Shown here piece after piece: positions 1 through 13,557 of a DNA stretch of 64,000 nt. Source of the stretch: Octopus sinensis. Taxonomy: Eukaryota. The notes below the pieces were generated by a model. That model had not been told where the DNA came from and made no database searches. It saw only the letters and a list, made by a program, of their open reading frames with translations. The stretch lies in assembly GCF_006345805.1 (NCBI RefSeq), contig NC_043023.1, positions 16,864,001 through 16,928,000 of the forward strand, given 5' to 3'. Position 1 is the first letter of the stretch. Every line of letters starts with the position of its first letter. The position numbers and the translations under genes were made by a program.

Positions 1-956
1 GTGAGGAACCTACGTTTTATTAATGATTGTGAATGAGAAAATTATTTGTTTATCATTGTAACTAGAATGAAGTCACAAATAAAGAATAAAATCTCTCTAT
101 ACTATAAATTTATTAATAAAATAACTATGATAAATGAAACTTAATACAAAATAAATTAATGATTTAAATTATTAAAAACACTAATTATTAAATATATTCT
201 AAAAATCTTATAAGATTAATAAATATATAAAAATTTATTATATAGTAAACCATCAACATACTATAAAGTCTTTCCCATGCCTTATAATTATAAGCTAAAA
301 TTAGTGATCATAACAAAATCTGTATAAAAGACTTATCAAAATTTGGAGTATAACTAACATATGTATACATAAATATATAAAAAAATATACATACATATAC
401 TTATATATATGCATATATATATACATATATATATACATATATACATACATATACATACACATATACACATACATACATATATATATATATACACATATAT
501 ACACACACATACACACATACACATATGCACACTCATACATACATGTACATACATACAATACTCAATATATACACTTACACCTATATATACACACCCACAC
601 ACATACACATAAATAAATGTATATACAAATTACACCTATATATACACACCCACACACATACACATAAATAAATGTATATACATATACAAATATATACACA
701 ACACATCATCATATACAAAATATTACATACACACAAAACCAATATATCATATAATAAATACATATAAATGTCTATAATCATACTACAATACAAAAAGAGG
801 TAAATATTAAGTTATATAAATAATTATTATCTACTAATCTATACTTCTATATTAAATAAGATAGATTAAATAAACAACTAAATAAAACTATTTCAAATAT
901 AAAGAGATTACATACAAATAGATTATATAACAAAAAATTATAACAAAATATATAAA

Positions 957-1467
957 CTAGCAGTATCGCCCGGCGTTGCTCGGGTTTGTAAGGAAATAAC
1001 TATATAAGCATTTTTAGAGAGTTACTTCCTTATAGATGCCAATTCAGGCTTTCTTAGCCATTTCTGTTTTGGTGTCTTCAAGCCATGAAGTCGTTGTTCT
1101 AAAAGAACGCTGGTCTCCTTGACAACGCTTTACGACGTTGATTTCCTTACACTCCCTTCCCACAGCTTCACGAGGGAGGGAAGAAGGGGAGAAGCAAACA
1201 CAGGTGCAGGTGTTTGAGCGTGGACGCCAACTCCGCCGCCATCGACACACGAAAAATTATGCATTAAATGGAATAAAAAATGATGTTAAATTATTTTTAA
1301 TCGTAGACTCATCGTAGACGCGCGCTAATACTCAGACGGGCTCGATATGAATCACGACTATAAGATACCCGAATTTGGTTAAAACTGCACCGCAAAATGT
1401 GGGAGGAGTTAGGAATCTAAATCAAAGGGGACAGACACTCACACAACTAGAGTTTTATATATATAGA
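957..1467 (-). mobile_element. Non-autonomous Helitron
   Basis: Minus strand reads A|TCTATATAT ... CCCGAGCAACGCCGGG hairpin ... CTAG|T: TC start, 3' GC hairpin, CTAG end, AT target. Related copy at 19788-20191. Confidence 0.75.
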
Positions 1468-1500
1468 TAAATAAAATTGTAACTTACCAGACTATATAAG

Positions 1501-2165
<665 letters not shown>

Positions 2166-2277
2166 GTAACACACTTCAACACATTCTTGTTTGTCGCAAA
2201 TTTTATGTTCAGTTACAATAAAAAACAATTTGACATTCATCTAACGGGTTCTCCTCACTTTGTTGAGTACAAATTAG

Positions 2278-2843
2278 GGATCTTTTCGGTTTGAACGGCT
2301 GTTTTCTCTAGCGGTGTCATATGAAATTGCCACCCATAATTATGACCCTAGTATCGATCTATTGCATTTCAATCCATTTTAGGGTTAGGGTTAGGGGTGG
2401 GAGGAAGGGTATCTTTTTTTCTTCACAAATGTTAATAAACCCAAACTGTTCCTTAAACGAGGGACATATTCATACGGCACAGAATGTTTTATCTCAATAG
2501 ACGTCACTGATTGGTTGAAATTGCAGAAATTGAAGAAAAAAAACCCCAACAAATATCTTACAAACTATAGACTTTTCTCTATAAAGCCGAGAGAAAAAGA
2601 TGTTTTATAAACACATTCTACCAGTATACGAAGTTTAAAAGTGTTTAGTTACGTGGAAATTATTTTAAAAAACTGCCGTTCAAACCGAAAAGATCCCAAA
2701 TATCTTACAAAGTATAGAATTTTCTCAATAAAGGCAAGAGAAAAAGATGTTTTATAAACACATTCTACCAGTATACGAAGTTTAAAAATGTTTAGTTACG
2801 TGGAAATTATTTTCAAAAACTGCCGGTCAAAGCGAAAAGATCC
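2278..2843. mobile_element. MITE with ~28-bp TIRs and internal TTAGGG repeats; 3' part tandemly duplicated (2697-2843)
   Basis: GGATCTTTTCGGTTTGAACGGCTGTTTT at 2278 is the reverse complement (1 mismatch) of AAAACTGCCGTTCAAACCGAAAAGATCC ending at 2696. Second copy near 57570-57985. Confidence 0.8.
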
Positions 2844-2911
2844 TAAATTGGTTATTATTGTTATATTTGGGGATGGTCATATTTTACCAGTTAAACACAC
2901 GCGCTGTATAC

Positions 2912-3117
2912 TTACTCTTTGACTCTTTTACTTGTTTAAGTCATTTGACTGCGGCCATGCTGGAGCACCGCTTTTAATCGAGCAACTCGAACTCGGGTCT
3001 TATTCTTTTGTAAGCCAAGTACTTATTCTATCGGTCTCTTTGCCGAACCGCTAATTAACGGGGACATAAACACACCAGCATCGGTTGTCAAGCGATGTTG
3101 GGAGGGGACAAACACAG

Positions 3118-3152
<35 letters not shown>

Positions 3153-3316
3153 CATATATACGAAGGGCTTCTTTCAGTTACCGTCTACCAAATCCACTCA
3201 CAAGGCTTTGGTCGGCCCGAGGCTATAGTAGAAGACACTTGCCCAAGGTGGCATGCAGTGGGACTGAACCCGGAGCCATGTGGTTGGTAAACAAGCTACT
3301 TACCACACAGCCACTC
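2912..3316 (-). mobile_element. tRNA-derived SINE family A, full length
   Basis: Reverse complement of the family-A head, (TA/CA)n linker and tail. Confidence 0.85.
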
Positions 3317-3714
3317 CTTGGTCAACACTTCAGCTCTATTATTAGTCTTTTAGTGACTAAGTCCAAGCTCTTTCTCTAAACATCCTGTAACCTCATCAAC
3401 GACTCGAAACCCTATCTTTCTCTTTTGTTCTACTTAAAAAGGAGACACTTTGGGTAAGGAGTCACTAAAGAGGCCACGTAATATTTCACAAAAGACCTTA
3501 GACAAAGAAACAAAAGAATAATTATAACAGTTAAAAAAAAAACAAAACTGAAGTGAAGACCGAATATGGAGTGCGTGTGTGTAATTGGCAAAAGATGACC
3601 GTCCCTAAATACAACAATATCTGTTTCAACCCACGATTTCACACACCACACACACACACACACACGAATGCACGCACACACATACACATTTATATATAAG
3701 ATGGACTTGTATGT

Positions 3715-4045
3715 TTGTATGTCTGTGTTTGTCCCCCCCCAACATCGCTTGACAACCGATGCTGGTGTGTTTACGTCCCCGAAACGTAGCGGTTCGGCAA
3801 AAAAGACCGATAGAATAAGTACTAGGCTTACAAAGAATAAGTCCTGGGGTTCGATTTGCTCGAATAAAGGCGGTGCTCCAGCATGGCCACAGTCAGATGA
3901 CTGAAACAAGTAAAAGAGTAAACTTAGCGGTTCGGCCAAAGAGACCGATAGAATAAGTAATAGGCTTACAAAGAATAAGTCCCGGGGGTCGATTTGCTCG
4001 AATAAAGGCGGTGCTCCAGCATGGCCACAGTCAAATGACTGAAGG
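3715..4045 (+). mobile_element. SINE family A tail, tandemly duplicated
   Basis: TTAGCGGTTCGGC...CAGCATGGCCACAGTCA(G/A)ATGACTGAA occurs twice. Confidence 0.75.
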
Positions 4046-4342
4046 CTTTGGTCTGCTCGAAGCTATAATAGAAGATACTTGCCCTAGGTGCCGCTCTGTT
4101 TTCTTCCATGGACCCAGTAACCCCATCCTCTGCTACTACATTAAAAATGTATGATGGAGCAAAGGGTCATTATCTAGGTTTATATATTTTAGTCCTAATA
4201 AATATTTGCTTTATAATATCTCCATGAACTGTGATCAGTGTCAGTATCTGAAAATACTGCAAACTTCTTTGAAATCCAAGTTGTAATTCTGTGCATATTA
4301 AGCAACTGTATACCTACTCCCGCATATAAATATATTTCTTTA

Positions 4343-4925
4343 CTACCCGCAAGGGGCTAAACACAGAGGGGACAAACAAGGACAGACAAAGGGATTAAAT
4401 CGATTACGTCGACCCCAGTGCGTAACTGGTACTTATTTAATCGACCACGAAAGGGTGAAAGGCAAAGTCGACCACGGCGGAATTTGAACTCAGAACGGAA
4501 CGGCAGACGAAATACCTATTTCTTTACTACCTACAAGGGGCTAAACACAGAGGGGGACGAACAAGGACAGACAAAGGGATTAAGTCGATTATATCGATCC
4601 CAGTGTGTAACTGGTACTTATTTAATCGACCCCGAAAGGGTGAAAGGCAAAGTCGACCGCGGTGGAATTTGAACACAGAACGGAACGGCAGACGAAATAC
4701 CTATTTCTTTACTACCTACAAGGGGCTAAACACAGAGGGGACAAACAAGGACAGACAAAGGGAATAAGTCAATTATATCGCCCCCAGTGTGTAAGTGGTA
4801 CTTATTTGATCGACCCCGAAAGGGTGAAAGGCAAAGTCGACCTCAGCGGAATTTGAACTCAGAACCTAGCGGCAGACGAAATACCGCTAAGCATTTCACC
4901 CGGCGTCTTAACGATTCTGCCAGCC
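4343..4925 (-). mobile_element. SINE family B, one head with three tandem 3' units
   Basis: Reverse complement of GGCAGAATCGTTA...GTCGACTTTGCCTTTCATCCTTTCGGGGTCGAT, with an ~185-bp unit repeated three times. Confidence 0.8.
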
Positions 4926-5129
4926 TTTTTCTGTCCTCTCAGCAGTTTCCCTTAATCATGGTAAATGTTGACGAAACCAAGGTTTAAGTATTCTGTATCG
5001 CCAATGTCATCTGATATTCTGGAATAAAAGAGAACAGGACACAGACTAATGAGTAAACAGAAAAAAATTGCGATTCAGCAAGAATTTCCGTCTCTTGAAA
5101 TGATGCAAGTACTTTTTCTTGAAGTCTGT

Positions 5130-5660
5130 TTTTCCCCTTTTACTCTCTTACTTGTTTCAGTCATTTGACTGTGGCCATGCTGGAGCACCGCCTTTATTCG
5201 AGCAAATCGACCCCAGGACTTATTCTTTGTTAGCCCAGTACTTATTCTATCGGTGTCTTTTGCCGAACCGCTAAGTTTACTCCCTTTATTTGTTTCAGTC
5301 ATTTGACTGTGGTCATGCTGGAGCACCGCCTTTATTCGAGCAAATCGACCCCGGGACTTATTCTTTGTGAGCCTAGTACTTATTCTATCAGTATCTTTTG
5401 CCGAACCGCTAAGTTTACTCTTTTTACTTGTTTCAGTCATTTGACTGTGGCCATGCTGGAGCACCGCCTTTATTCGAGCAAATCGACCCCAGGACTTATT
5501 CTTTGTAAGCCCAGTACTTATTCTATCGGTCTCTTTTGCTGAACACACACACACACATATATACATATATACGACGAGGCTATAGTAGAAAACACTTGGC
5601 CAAGGTGCCACACAGTGAGACTGAACCTGGGACCATGTGGTTGGGAAGCAAGCCCCTTAC
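5130..5660 (-). mobile_element. SINE family A with three tandem tails
   Basis: CTTGTTTCAGTCATTTGACTGTGG...CCGAACCGCTAAG is repeated three times before a truncated head. Confidence 0.75.
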
Positions 5661-5772
5661 CACACAGCATGCCTCATCATTTCACCCCTTCTGTAGCGAG
5701 AAAAATCAATACAGGAGTCTGACCAGGCCCTATTGGTTTGTGCTGGTTGCCGTCGAGACGTCAGGTATTCTA

Positions 5773-6270
5773 GGCGGCAAGCTGGCAGAAATGTTAGCAC
5801 GGCGGGCGAAATGCATAGCCGTATTTCGTCTGCAGTTACGTTCTGAGTTCAAATTTCGCCGAAGTCGACTTTGCCTTTCATCCTTTCGGAGTCGATAAAT
5901 TAAGTATCACTTATGCACTGGGGTCGATATAATCGACTTAATCCGTTTGTCTGTCCTTGTTTGTCCCCTCTGTGTTTAGCCCCTTGTGGGTAGTAAAGAA
6001 ATAGGTATTTCGTCTGTCGTTACGTTCTGAGTTCAAATTCCGCCGAGGTCGACTTTGCCTTCCATCCTTTCGGGGTCGATAAATTAAGTATCAGTTACGC
6101 ACTGGGGTCGATATAATTGACTTAATACCTATGTCTGTCCTTGTTTGTCCGCTCTGTGTTTAGCCCCTTGCGGGTAGTAAAGAAAAATGTATTTCGTCTG
6201 CCGCTACGTTCTGAGTTCAAATTCCGCTGAGGTCGACTTTGCCTTTCATCCTTTCGGGGTCGATGAAGTA
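5773..6270 (+). mobile_element. SINE family B with tandem 3' units
   Basis: GGCGGCAAGCTGGCAGAAATGTTAGC head; the unit restarts at GTATTTCGTCTG near 6006 and 6190. Confidence 0.8.
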
Positions 6271-6696
6271 AGTTTCAGTTGAGGCATAACTGAAAATGTA
6301 ATTCGTTAAACCGCTCGTGTTTTTGACGCCCGTGTCGGTCTAATCAATTGTATTTAAGACAAATCTCTGCTGATGATTTATAGATGTCTATGTAAGTAAA
6401 ATTACATATTACATTAGTAATGAAACAATTTGTTCAGGGTCAATCTATTTATTTGTTATATTTCACTTTCCTTCCGTTAAATGTATGTTACTTCTAGTTG
6501 GAAACATCTTTTTTCTGTGGCTCTACTATCGGGACTATTTTTAGCACTATTTTTATCCACATAGTGGTTAACTCTCTAATAATTTATATATATATATAAC
6601 GGAAAGCTTTATGAAAATAGACAAAAGACGAAGGCAGGTGGAAAACAAACGAACAATTGTATTAGTATGGCGCTCAGGAAAAATAAATAAAACAAG

Positions 6697-6734
6697 TCTT
6701 TAACGTTTCGAGCCTACGCTCTTCAACAGAAAGA
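6697..6734 (-). ncRNA. Minimal Penelope-type hammerhead-like motif (core CUGUUGA) in a ~200-bp interspersed repeat
   Basis: UCUUU-CUGUUGA-A-GAG cguagg CUC-GAAA-CGU-U-AAAGA. Confidence 0.5.
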
Positions 6735-7012
6735 TACACAGAGAGAAAAAAAACACAGAAAGAAGGAGAAAAAAAAAAATATATATATAAATATATAACA
6801 GCCATTATATATTTGTTTCGAGACGCATAAATTATAATGGTTATTGACAATTTTTGTCTTTTTTTCGGCATATTTGGTATTAGAATTTTTCTTTTGCCCT
6901 TATTTTGTAAATTATATATATATATATATATAATATATATACAATCAACCAGCATTCTGAATAGCTTTTTTTTTTCATATGTATTAAATCTGTACATCAC
7001 CCCCAATACTTT

Positions 7013-7082
<70 letters not shown>

Positions 7083-7326
7083 GTTAAAAGTATTGGGGGT
7101 GATGTACAGATTTAATACATATGAAAAAAAAAAGGTATTCAGAATGCTGGCTGGTTGTATGTAGCTTGCGTACCAACCACATGGTTCCAGGTTCAGTTCC
7201 ACTGTGTGGCACCTTGGACAAGTGTTTTCTACTATAGCCTCGGGCCGACCAAAGCCTTGCGAGTGGACTTGGTAGACGGAAACTGAAAGAAGGCCGTCGT
7301 ATATATACATATATATATATATAATA

Positions 7327-7405
<79 letters not shown>

Positions 7406-7424
7406 TATATATATATATATATAC

Positions 7425-7830
7425 GACGCAGGAGTGGCTGTGTGGTAAGTAGCTTGTTTACCAACCACATGGTTCCGGTTCAGTCCCACTACGTGGTACC
7501 TTCGGCAAGTGTCTTCTACTATAGCCTCGGGCCACCCAAAGCCTTGTGAGCAGATTTGGTAGACGGAAACTGAAAGAAGCCCGTCGTATATATCTATATA
7601 TATATATATATATATGTATTTGCGTGTCAGTTTGTGTGTCTGTATTTGCCCCCCTAGCATTGCTTGACAACCGATGCTGGTGTGTTTATGTCCCCGTCAT
7701 TTAGCGGTTTGGCAAAAGAGAACCGATAGAATAAGTACTAGGCTTACAAAGAGTAAATCCCGGGGTCGAGTTGCTCGATTAAAGGCGGTGCTCAAGCATG
7801 GCCGCAGTCAAAATTACGGAAACAAGTAAA
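7425..7830 (+). mobile_element. SINE family A, full length (an extra head lies at ~7150-7300)
   Basis: Head, linker and tail match family A. Confidence 0.8.
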
Positions 7831-8280
7831 AAAGAGAAAAAAGAGGAAAAGAGTAGGAGAAAATATGTATGTATGTAGGGATGTTCTGGATAAACAGAGA
7901 ACAGGACACAAACCAAGGAGTAGATATAAAAAGAAATGATGCAGGTAATTTTTCTTGAAGTCTGTTTTTCCCCTTTTACTCTTTTACTTGTTTCAGTCAT
8001 TTGACTGCGGCCATGCTGGAGCACGGCCTTTATTCGAGCAAATCGACCCCCAGGACTTTTTTCTTTGTTAGCCTAGTACTTATTCTATGAAATACTTATT
8101 CTCTCGGTCTCGTTAGCCGAACTGTTAAGTTACGTGGACGTAAGCCCACCAACATCCGATCGTCAAACACACACACACACACACTTACACACACACACAC
8201 GCACACACACACACATACAAACGCACACACACACACACACACGTACACACACACACACACATACACACACACACCACACT

Positions 8281-8420
8281 CCCACGCGCACGCCCACACT
8301 CCCACGCGCACGCCCACACTCCCACGCGCACGCCCACACTCCCACGCGCACGCCCACACTCCCACGCGCATGCCCACACTCCCACGCGCACGCCCACACT
8401 CCCACGCGCATGCCCACACT
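8281..8420. repeat. 20-bp GC-rich minisatellite x7 (CCCACGCGCACGCCCACACT)
   Basis: Directly visible; abuts a (CA)n tract. Confidence 0.95.
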
Positions 8421-8705
8421 CATATAGTAGCGGGTTGCTAAGTGTTAAGAGAAAGAAAGGCGAGAAACCTATAAAGAGTTGTGTTACATCAATACAATAG
8501 CAACCTTCTCCCCTTTTCCTTTTATCAGTTACCAGCCCCTTACCACTTTATATTACCTTGTCACGTGTTCACTTCAACACCATACCAACCACCATTCCGA
8601 AATCTACTTTCATTTTCCTTCTCCCTTCACTCATATAAAAGCCCATTTTTACTCTTAAGTTTAGGAAACGCTAGAAAAAATTTCAGTCCAGGCTGAAACC
8701 TCATC

Positions 8706-9092
8706 GTGTTGTGATCGGACGACCAAGGAAGTTAGAATATTAAAATACCCGAGCTAAAGAAAATTATTGGTGAGTAAGAAATTTATATTTGGCATGGATG
8801 GAAGCACTCTGTCGGTTACGACGACGAGGGTTCCGGTTGATCCGATCAACGGAACAGCCTGCTCGTGAAATCAACGTGCAAGTGGCTGAGCACTCCACAG
8901 ACACGTGCACCCTTAACGTAGTTCTCGGGGATATTCAGCGTGACACAAAGAGTGACAAGGCCGGCCCTTTGCGTGTTGTGATCGGACGACCAAGAAGTTA
9001 GAATATTAAAATACCCGAGCTAAAGAAAATTATTGGTGAGTAAGAAATTTATATTTGGCATGGATGGAAGCACTCCGTCGGTTACGACGACG
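8706..9092. repeat. ~120-bp direct repeat (8706-8825 / 8973-9092) around a minus-strand SINE family C tail
   Basis: GTGTTGTGATCGGACGACCAAG...GGATGGAAGCACTC occurs twice, ~267 bp apart. Confidence 0.8.
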
Positions 9093-9159
9093 AGAGTTAA
9101 AAAGGTCGAGTTGCGTCCCCTAGACAGTCTGTGGTTTGCGTTTCTGATTCTCGGCCCCA

Positions 9160-9352
9160 TGTCGAATTTATCGATTATTTTCAGAACAGGGGGAACTTTT
9201 CAAAATTTTCGCTGCGTTAGTTTTGAATTATGACATTGGGCTATGTGTGTGTCAAGTTTCATCAGAATCGGTTCAAAGCCGTGGTCAGGGTGAGGGTACA
9301 AGCAAACAGACACACAGACACGCAGGCAGACAAACTGCCGTTTATATAGAGA
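9160..9352 (-). mobile_element. Helitron 5'-end fragment (same family as 52098-52873)
   Basis: Matches ~52675-52873 (ATTGGGCTATGTGTGTGTCAAGTTTCAT...GTGGTCAGGGTGAGGGTACAA...ACAGAC). Confidence 0.65.
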
Positions 9353-9696
9353 CAGATTTTCAAAAATGGAAAATTTTTTTTGCGGAATTCTGATTTAAGC
9401 AGCCCATAAAACCCCTCGGATCTTTTCCATGTTTTAGAATTTTCCGAAAAATTTTGCGAATTTATATTCTATATAGGGGGATTGCAATCTACCAACCAAA
9501 TTATATTATTATTTGTGATTTAAGGACGATTTAGCTGTTGTTTTTTTAAGTACGTCCCACGACCACCTGATAAGCTCACCCACACATACACATACACACC
9601 CACACACACATACATATATACGACGGGCTTCTTTCAGTTTCCGTCTACCAAATCCACTCATAATAATAATAATAATAATAATAATAATAGTAATAA

Positions 9697-9731
<35 letters not shown>

Positions 9732-9793
9732 TTAATATAATTATTATAATAATATTAATAATAATATAATAATAACGATGAGATGATGAGATG

Positions 9794-9826
<33 letters not shown>

Positions 9827-9830
9827 TAAT

Positions 9831-9866
<36 letters not shown>

Positions 9867-10403
9867 TATAATATAATAATAATAATAATAATAATTAATA
9901 ATAATAATAATAATAAGAATAATAATAATAATAATATAATAATAATAATAATTATAATAATAATAATAATAATATTAATGATGATGATGTCTTGTTTTTT
10001 TTCGTAAACTCACTGAAGCCGGAACCATTAGGTTGGTAAACAAGCTACTTACCACACAGCCACTCCTGCGACATAGTTCTTAGATCTTCACTTATGAAAA
10101 ATCAATTTTACATTAGGTTACTCAGTACTTTTGTAGAGTACAAATTTGTTATTGTTTATAATCAAGATTGTTTTGTCGCAAGTTCGGATGCTTTCTACTC
10201 AACTCCTACTCAACCTGCTAGTCTCCCGACTGCTACTCTGGTCTAGTCTGAAATCTGACCTCACACTATATCTATGCACTGGGCTAGCCTACTTCAACCG
10301 TCTGGGGCGTCCACACAACAGGGAAAGTCATATTTTGCAAATTAACACATGCACTTTATACTGGGCTACACTAAAGCTTTATTATTATTATTATTATTAT
10401 TAC

Positions 10404-10439
<36 letters not shown>

Positions 10440-10440
10440 C

Positions 10441-10996
10441 ATTGAGTGAGCGAGCAGAGCATGCCATCAAAGTGCCACTGGGGTAAAATATACGAAGCCC
10501 AGTATACCCATCATGACTACCCGTCTGATAAGGTACACCAGGCACATGCATCACAACCATATGTGCGCGACATGGTGATCTCATATGAAGATAAACAGCA
10601 CATGACCTTGCAGGTGGGGCCCATTTAGAATTTTCTTCAGGTTGAGTAGCCCATCCCGCTCAAACGGTCCCTGAATAAGGGTTGTTTAAGGATGTTGAAA
10701 GAACCACCCATGTTTCCAGAGGTGAACTATTCAAACCCCAAAGAATCCCTCTCAACACATGGCTATGATGCCCCCCTACTCTGCTCGTGATCAGAGATGC
10801 ACATATCGTCAGCCACTAAGGGACATGTCAACTGGTTAAGGTCAAACAACTGACAAACAAATCTGTGCTATTGAGCAAATATTTGCTGTAGCCCATCTTT
10901 TATAAACAAAGACAAAACAATGTACATGATAACACTTCAAATCAGTTAAGATCAGAAGCCATGAGAGCCACTGCCTGGTACTGCATCAGGGCATTT
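10441..10996. mobile_element. ~550-bp non-coding interspersed element embedded in (TAA)n (copy at 14254-14813)
   Basis: Complex sequence with (TTA)n on both sides; no TIR and no ORF. Confidence 0.55.
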
Positions 10997-11013
10997 ATTA
11001 TTTATTATTATTA

Positions 11014-11079
<66 letters not shown>

Positions 11080-11125
11080 TATTATTATTATTATTAATAT
11101 TACTATTATTATTATTATTATTATA

Positions 11126-11174
<49 letters not shown>

Positions 11175-11349
11175 CATCATCATCATCATCATCATTATTA
11201 TTAATTATTGTTATTAATATTATTACTATCATCATCATCATCGTCATCATCATCATCATCATCATCATCATTATTATTATATTATTATTATTATTATTAT
11301 TATTTTATTGTTGTTGTTGTTATTATTATTATTATTAGGTTATTATTAT

Positions 11350-12175
11350 AATTTTTTCCCCTCTTCTTTCAAATTTGGCTTCCATTTCTTGCCGAGTGTC
11401 TTCCCGACTCCTAGGCAAAGAAACTCATAGTATACATTTGTAGCCATTAAACTAAACTCACTAGTTCATTCATCTTTTTATTTTTTTAAAAGTTAAATTA
11501 AATTACGTGGGTAGTAATAGTTCTCTCATCGACAATGCTCTTCTCAATACGTGTGATGTACCAGTTAAGACAATCTTTTGCACTTCTTGCAGGGATGTTA
11601 AGCCAGGGATCATTCTCATATAATTTTCGGTTCCCTTCTTGATCATTCCTAGTGCTCCTACCATCACTGGTACTGCAACCGCCTTGAGATGCCACATTTT
11701 CTCAATTTCAATGAGTAGGTCTTTATATTTTCTGAGCTTGCCAAACTGTTTCGCCGAGATATTATGATCACAGGGGATGCTCATGTCGATCAATAAGCAA
11801 ACTTTATTGTTTTGGTCTTTCACAACAATATCCGGTTTATTGGCTTTGATGGTTCGGTCTGTATGTACTGGAAGTCCCACACAGAATCGTTACATTTTCA
11901 CCTTCAGTTACAGCACAGCTTCAGGGTGGTGATTATACCACTTGTCGGCAGTTTTGATATTGTAATGCCGACTTATTAGCCAGTGGAGATATTGGCCAAC
12001 TCTGTCATGTCTTAATTTATACTCCACTGGTGCTAAGACTTTACATTCAGAGATTAGGTGGTCCACTGTTTCAATCATGTCGTTGCAGAATCGGCATTTT
12101 GGGTCTGCTCCATTTTTCATCACATTGGCCTGGTAGTTAATAGGCTTTGATCTTGAGCAGCCATGATGAAACCTT
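11350..12175 (-). pseudogene. 5'-truncated R4/Dong-like non-LTR retrotransposon (CCHC knuckle + restriction-like endonuclease), frameshifted
   Basis: CRFC...ETVDHLISEC zinc knuckle, RHDRV, KPDIVVKD...LLIDMSIP...KLRKYKDL RLE motif. The 3' UTR runs into (TAA)n. Confidence 0.85.
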
Positions 12176-12745
12176 GGCTGTGTGGTAAGTAGCTTGCTTA
12201 CCAACCACATGGTTTCGGGTTCAGTCCCACTGCGTGGCACAATGGACAAGTGTCTTCTGCTATAGCCTCGGGCCGACCAAAGCCTTGTGAGTGGATTTGG
12301 TAGACGGAAACTGAAAGAAGCCCGTCGTATATATGTATATATATAGGCGTAGGAGTGGCTGTGTGGTAAGTAGTTCGCTTACAAACCACATGGTTGCGGG
12401 TTCAGTCCCACTGCGTGGCATCTTGGGCAAGTGTCTTCTACAATAGCCTCGGGCCGACCAAAGCCTTGTGAGTGGATTTGGTAGACGGAAACTGAAAGAA
12501 GCCCGTCGTATATATGTATATATATATGTATTTGTGTGTATGTTTGTGTGTCTGTGTTTGTCCCCCTAGCATTGCTTGACAACAGATGCTGGTGTGTTTA
12601 TGTCCCCGTTACTTAGCGGTTCGGCAAAAAACCGATAGAATAAGTACTGGGCTTACAAAGAATAAGTCCAGGGATCGATTTGCTCGATTAAAGGCGGTGC
12701 TCCAGCATGGCCGCAGTCAAATGACTGAAACAAGTAAAAGAGTGT
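12175..12745 (+). mobile_element. SINE family A, two tandem heads plus tail (copy at ~15966-16535)
   Basis: The head TGGCTGTGTGGTAAG occurs twice, then the tail. Confidence 0.8.
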
Positions 12746-13164
12746 ATGTGTGTGTGCGGTGTGTGTTGTGTGTGTGTGTGTGTGTGCGTGCCTGTGTGTG
12801 TGTGTGGGTGTGTGTGTGGTTGTGTATGTGTGTTTGCGTGTGTGTGTGTGTGTGTGTTTGTCGTGTGTGAATGTGCGTGTGTGGTGTGTGTGTGTGTGTG
12901 TGTCTGTCTGTGTGTGCGTGCGTGCGCGTGTAACATCGTATCCTGGATCCGTTATTAAGAATCAAGACTGCAACTTAGACTTTACCGCGATTCTCTTTTG
13001 TTTCATCGTCAGCGTTAACACTCGGAAATTTGTGAGATCCCCAGTCAACTTTATCTTAGTTTCTTTGTTTCAGTTAAAAACTGTTATATATATAGACGCC
13101 ATGATAGATCGTTAGCCACTACACACATTTCTTTATTCTCTCCCTGTTTTTTTTTTTCTGTGTC

Positions 13165-13202
13165 TCTTTCTGTAGAAGAGCGTAGGCTCGAAACGTAAAA
13201 GA
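13165..13202 (+). ncRNA. Minimal Penelope-type hammerhead-like motif (core CUGUAGA); identical copy at 16941-16978
   Basis: UCUUU-CUGUAGA-A-GAG cguagg CUC-GAAA-CGU-A-AAAGA. Confidence 0.5.
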
Positions 13203-13512
13203 CATTTTTCTATTCCTGAGCGCTATAATAATACATCTGTTTGTTTTGTACTCCACCTGTCTTTGTCTTTTGTTTTTTTCGTAAACTCTCCTCCATATAT
13301 ATATATGTATGTATGTATGTATAGTGAAATATATAGCGAATAATAGTTATAATAATATAATAATAATATAATAATAAAATAATAATAAAATAATAATAAT
13401 AATAATGATAATAATAATAGTAAATAGAATAAAATAATAATAATTATATTAATAATAATTATTATAATATTAATAATATAATAATAATAATAACGATGAT
13501 GATGATGATGAG

Positions 13513-13557
<45 letters not shown>

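Noticed and set aside
1-350. AT-rich, A-skewed segment as a mitochondrial insertion
   Set aside because: No mitochondrial gene, tRNA or rRNA motif was recognisable.
301-800. ORFs rich in Y/I/C/V/M/H/T (also 61584-63722 and many others)
   Set aside because: Translations of (TA)n, (CA)n, (TATG)n and (TAA)n microsatellites.
4090-4340. Possible degenerate RT motif (PFAPSYIFNVVAE) on the minus strand
   Set aside because: Too short and interrupted by stops to support.
8665-8769. Possible 105-nt exon ending in G|GTGAGT
   Set aside because: Stops in all three frames, a weak acceptor, and the donor lies in a locally duplicated segment.
10250-10378. HDV-like ribozyme at the segment following (TAA)n, or at the end of the 550-bp element
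   Set aside because: Could not build convincing P1/P2/P3/P1.1 pairings by eye.
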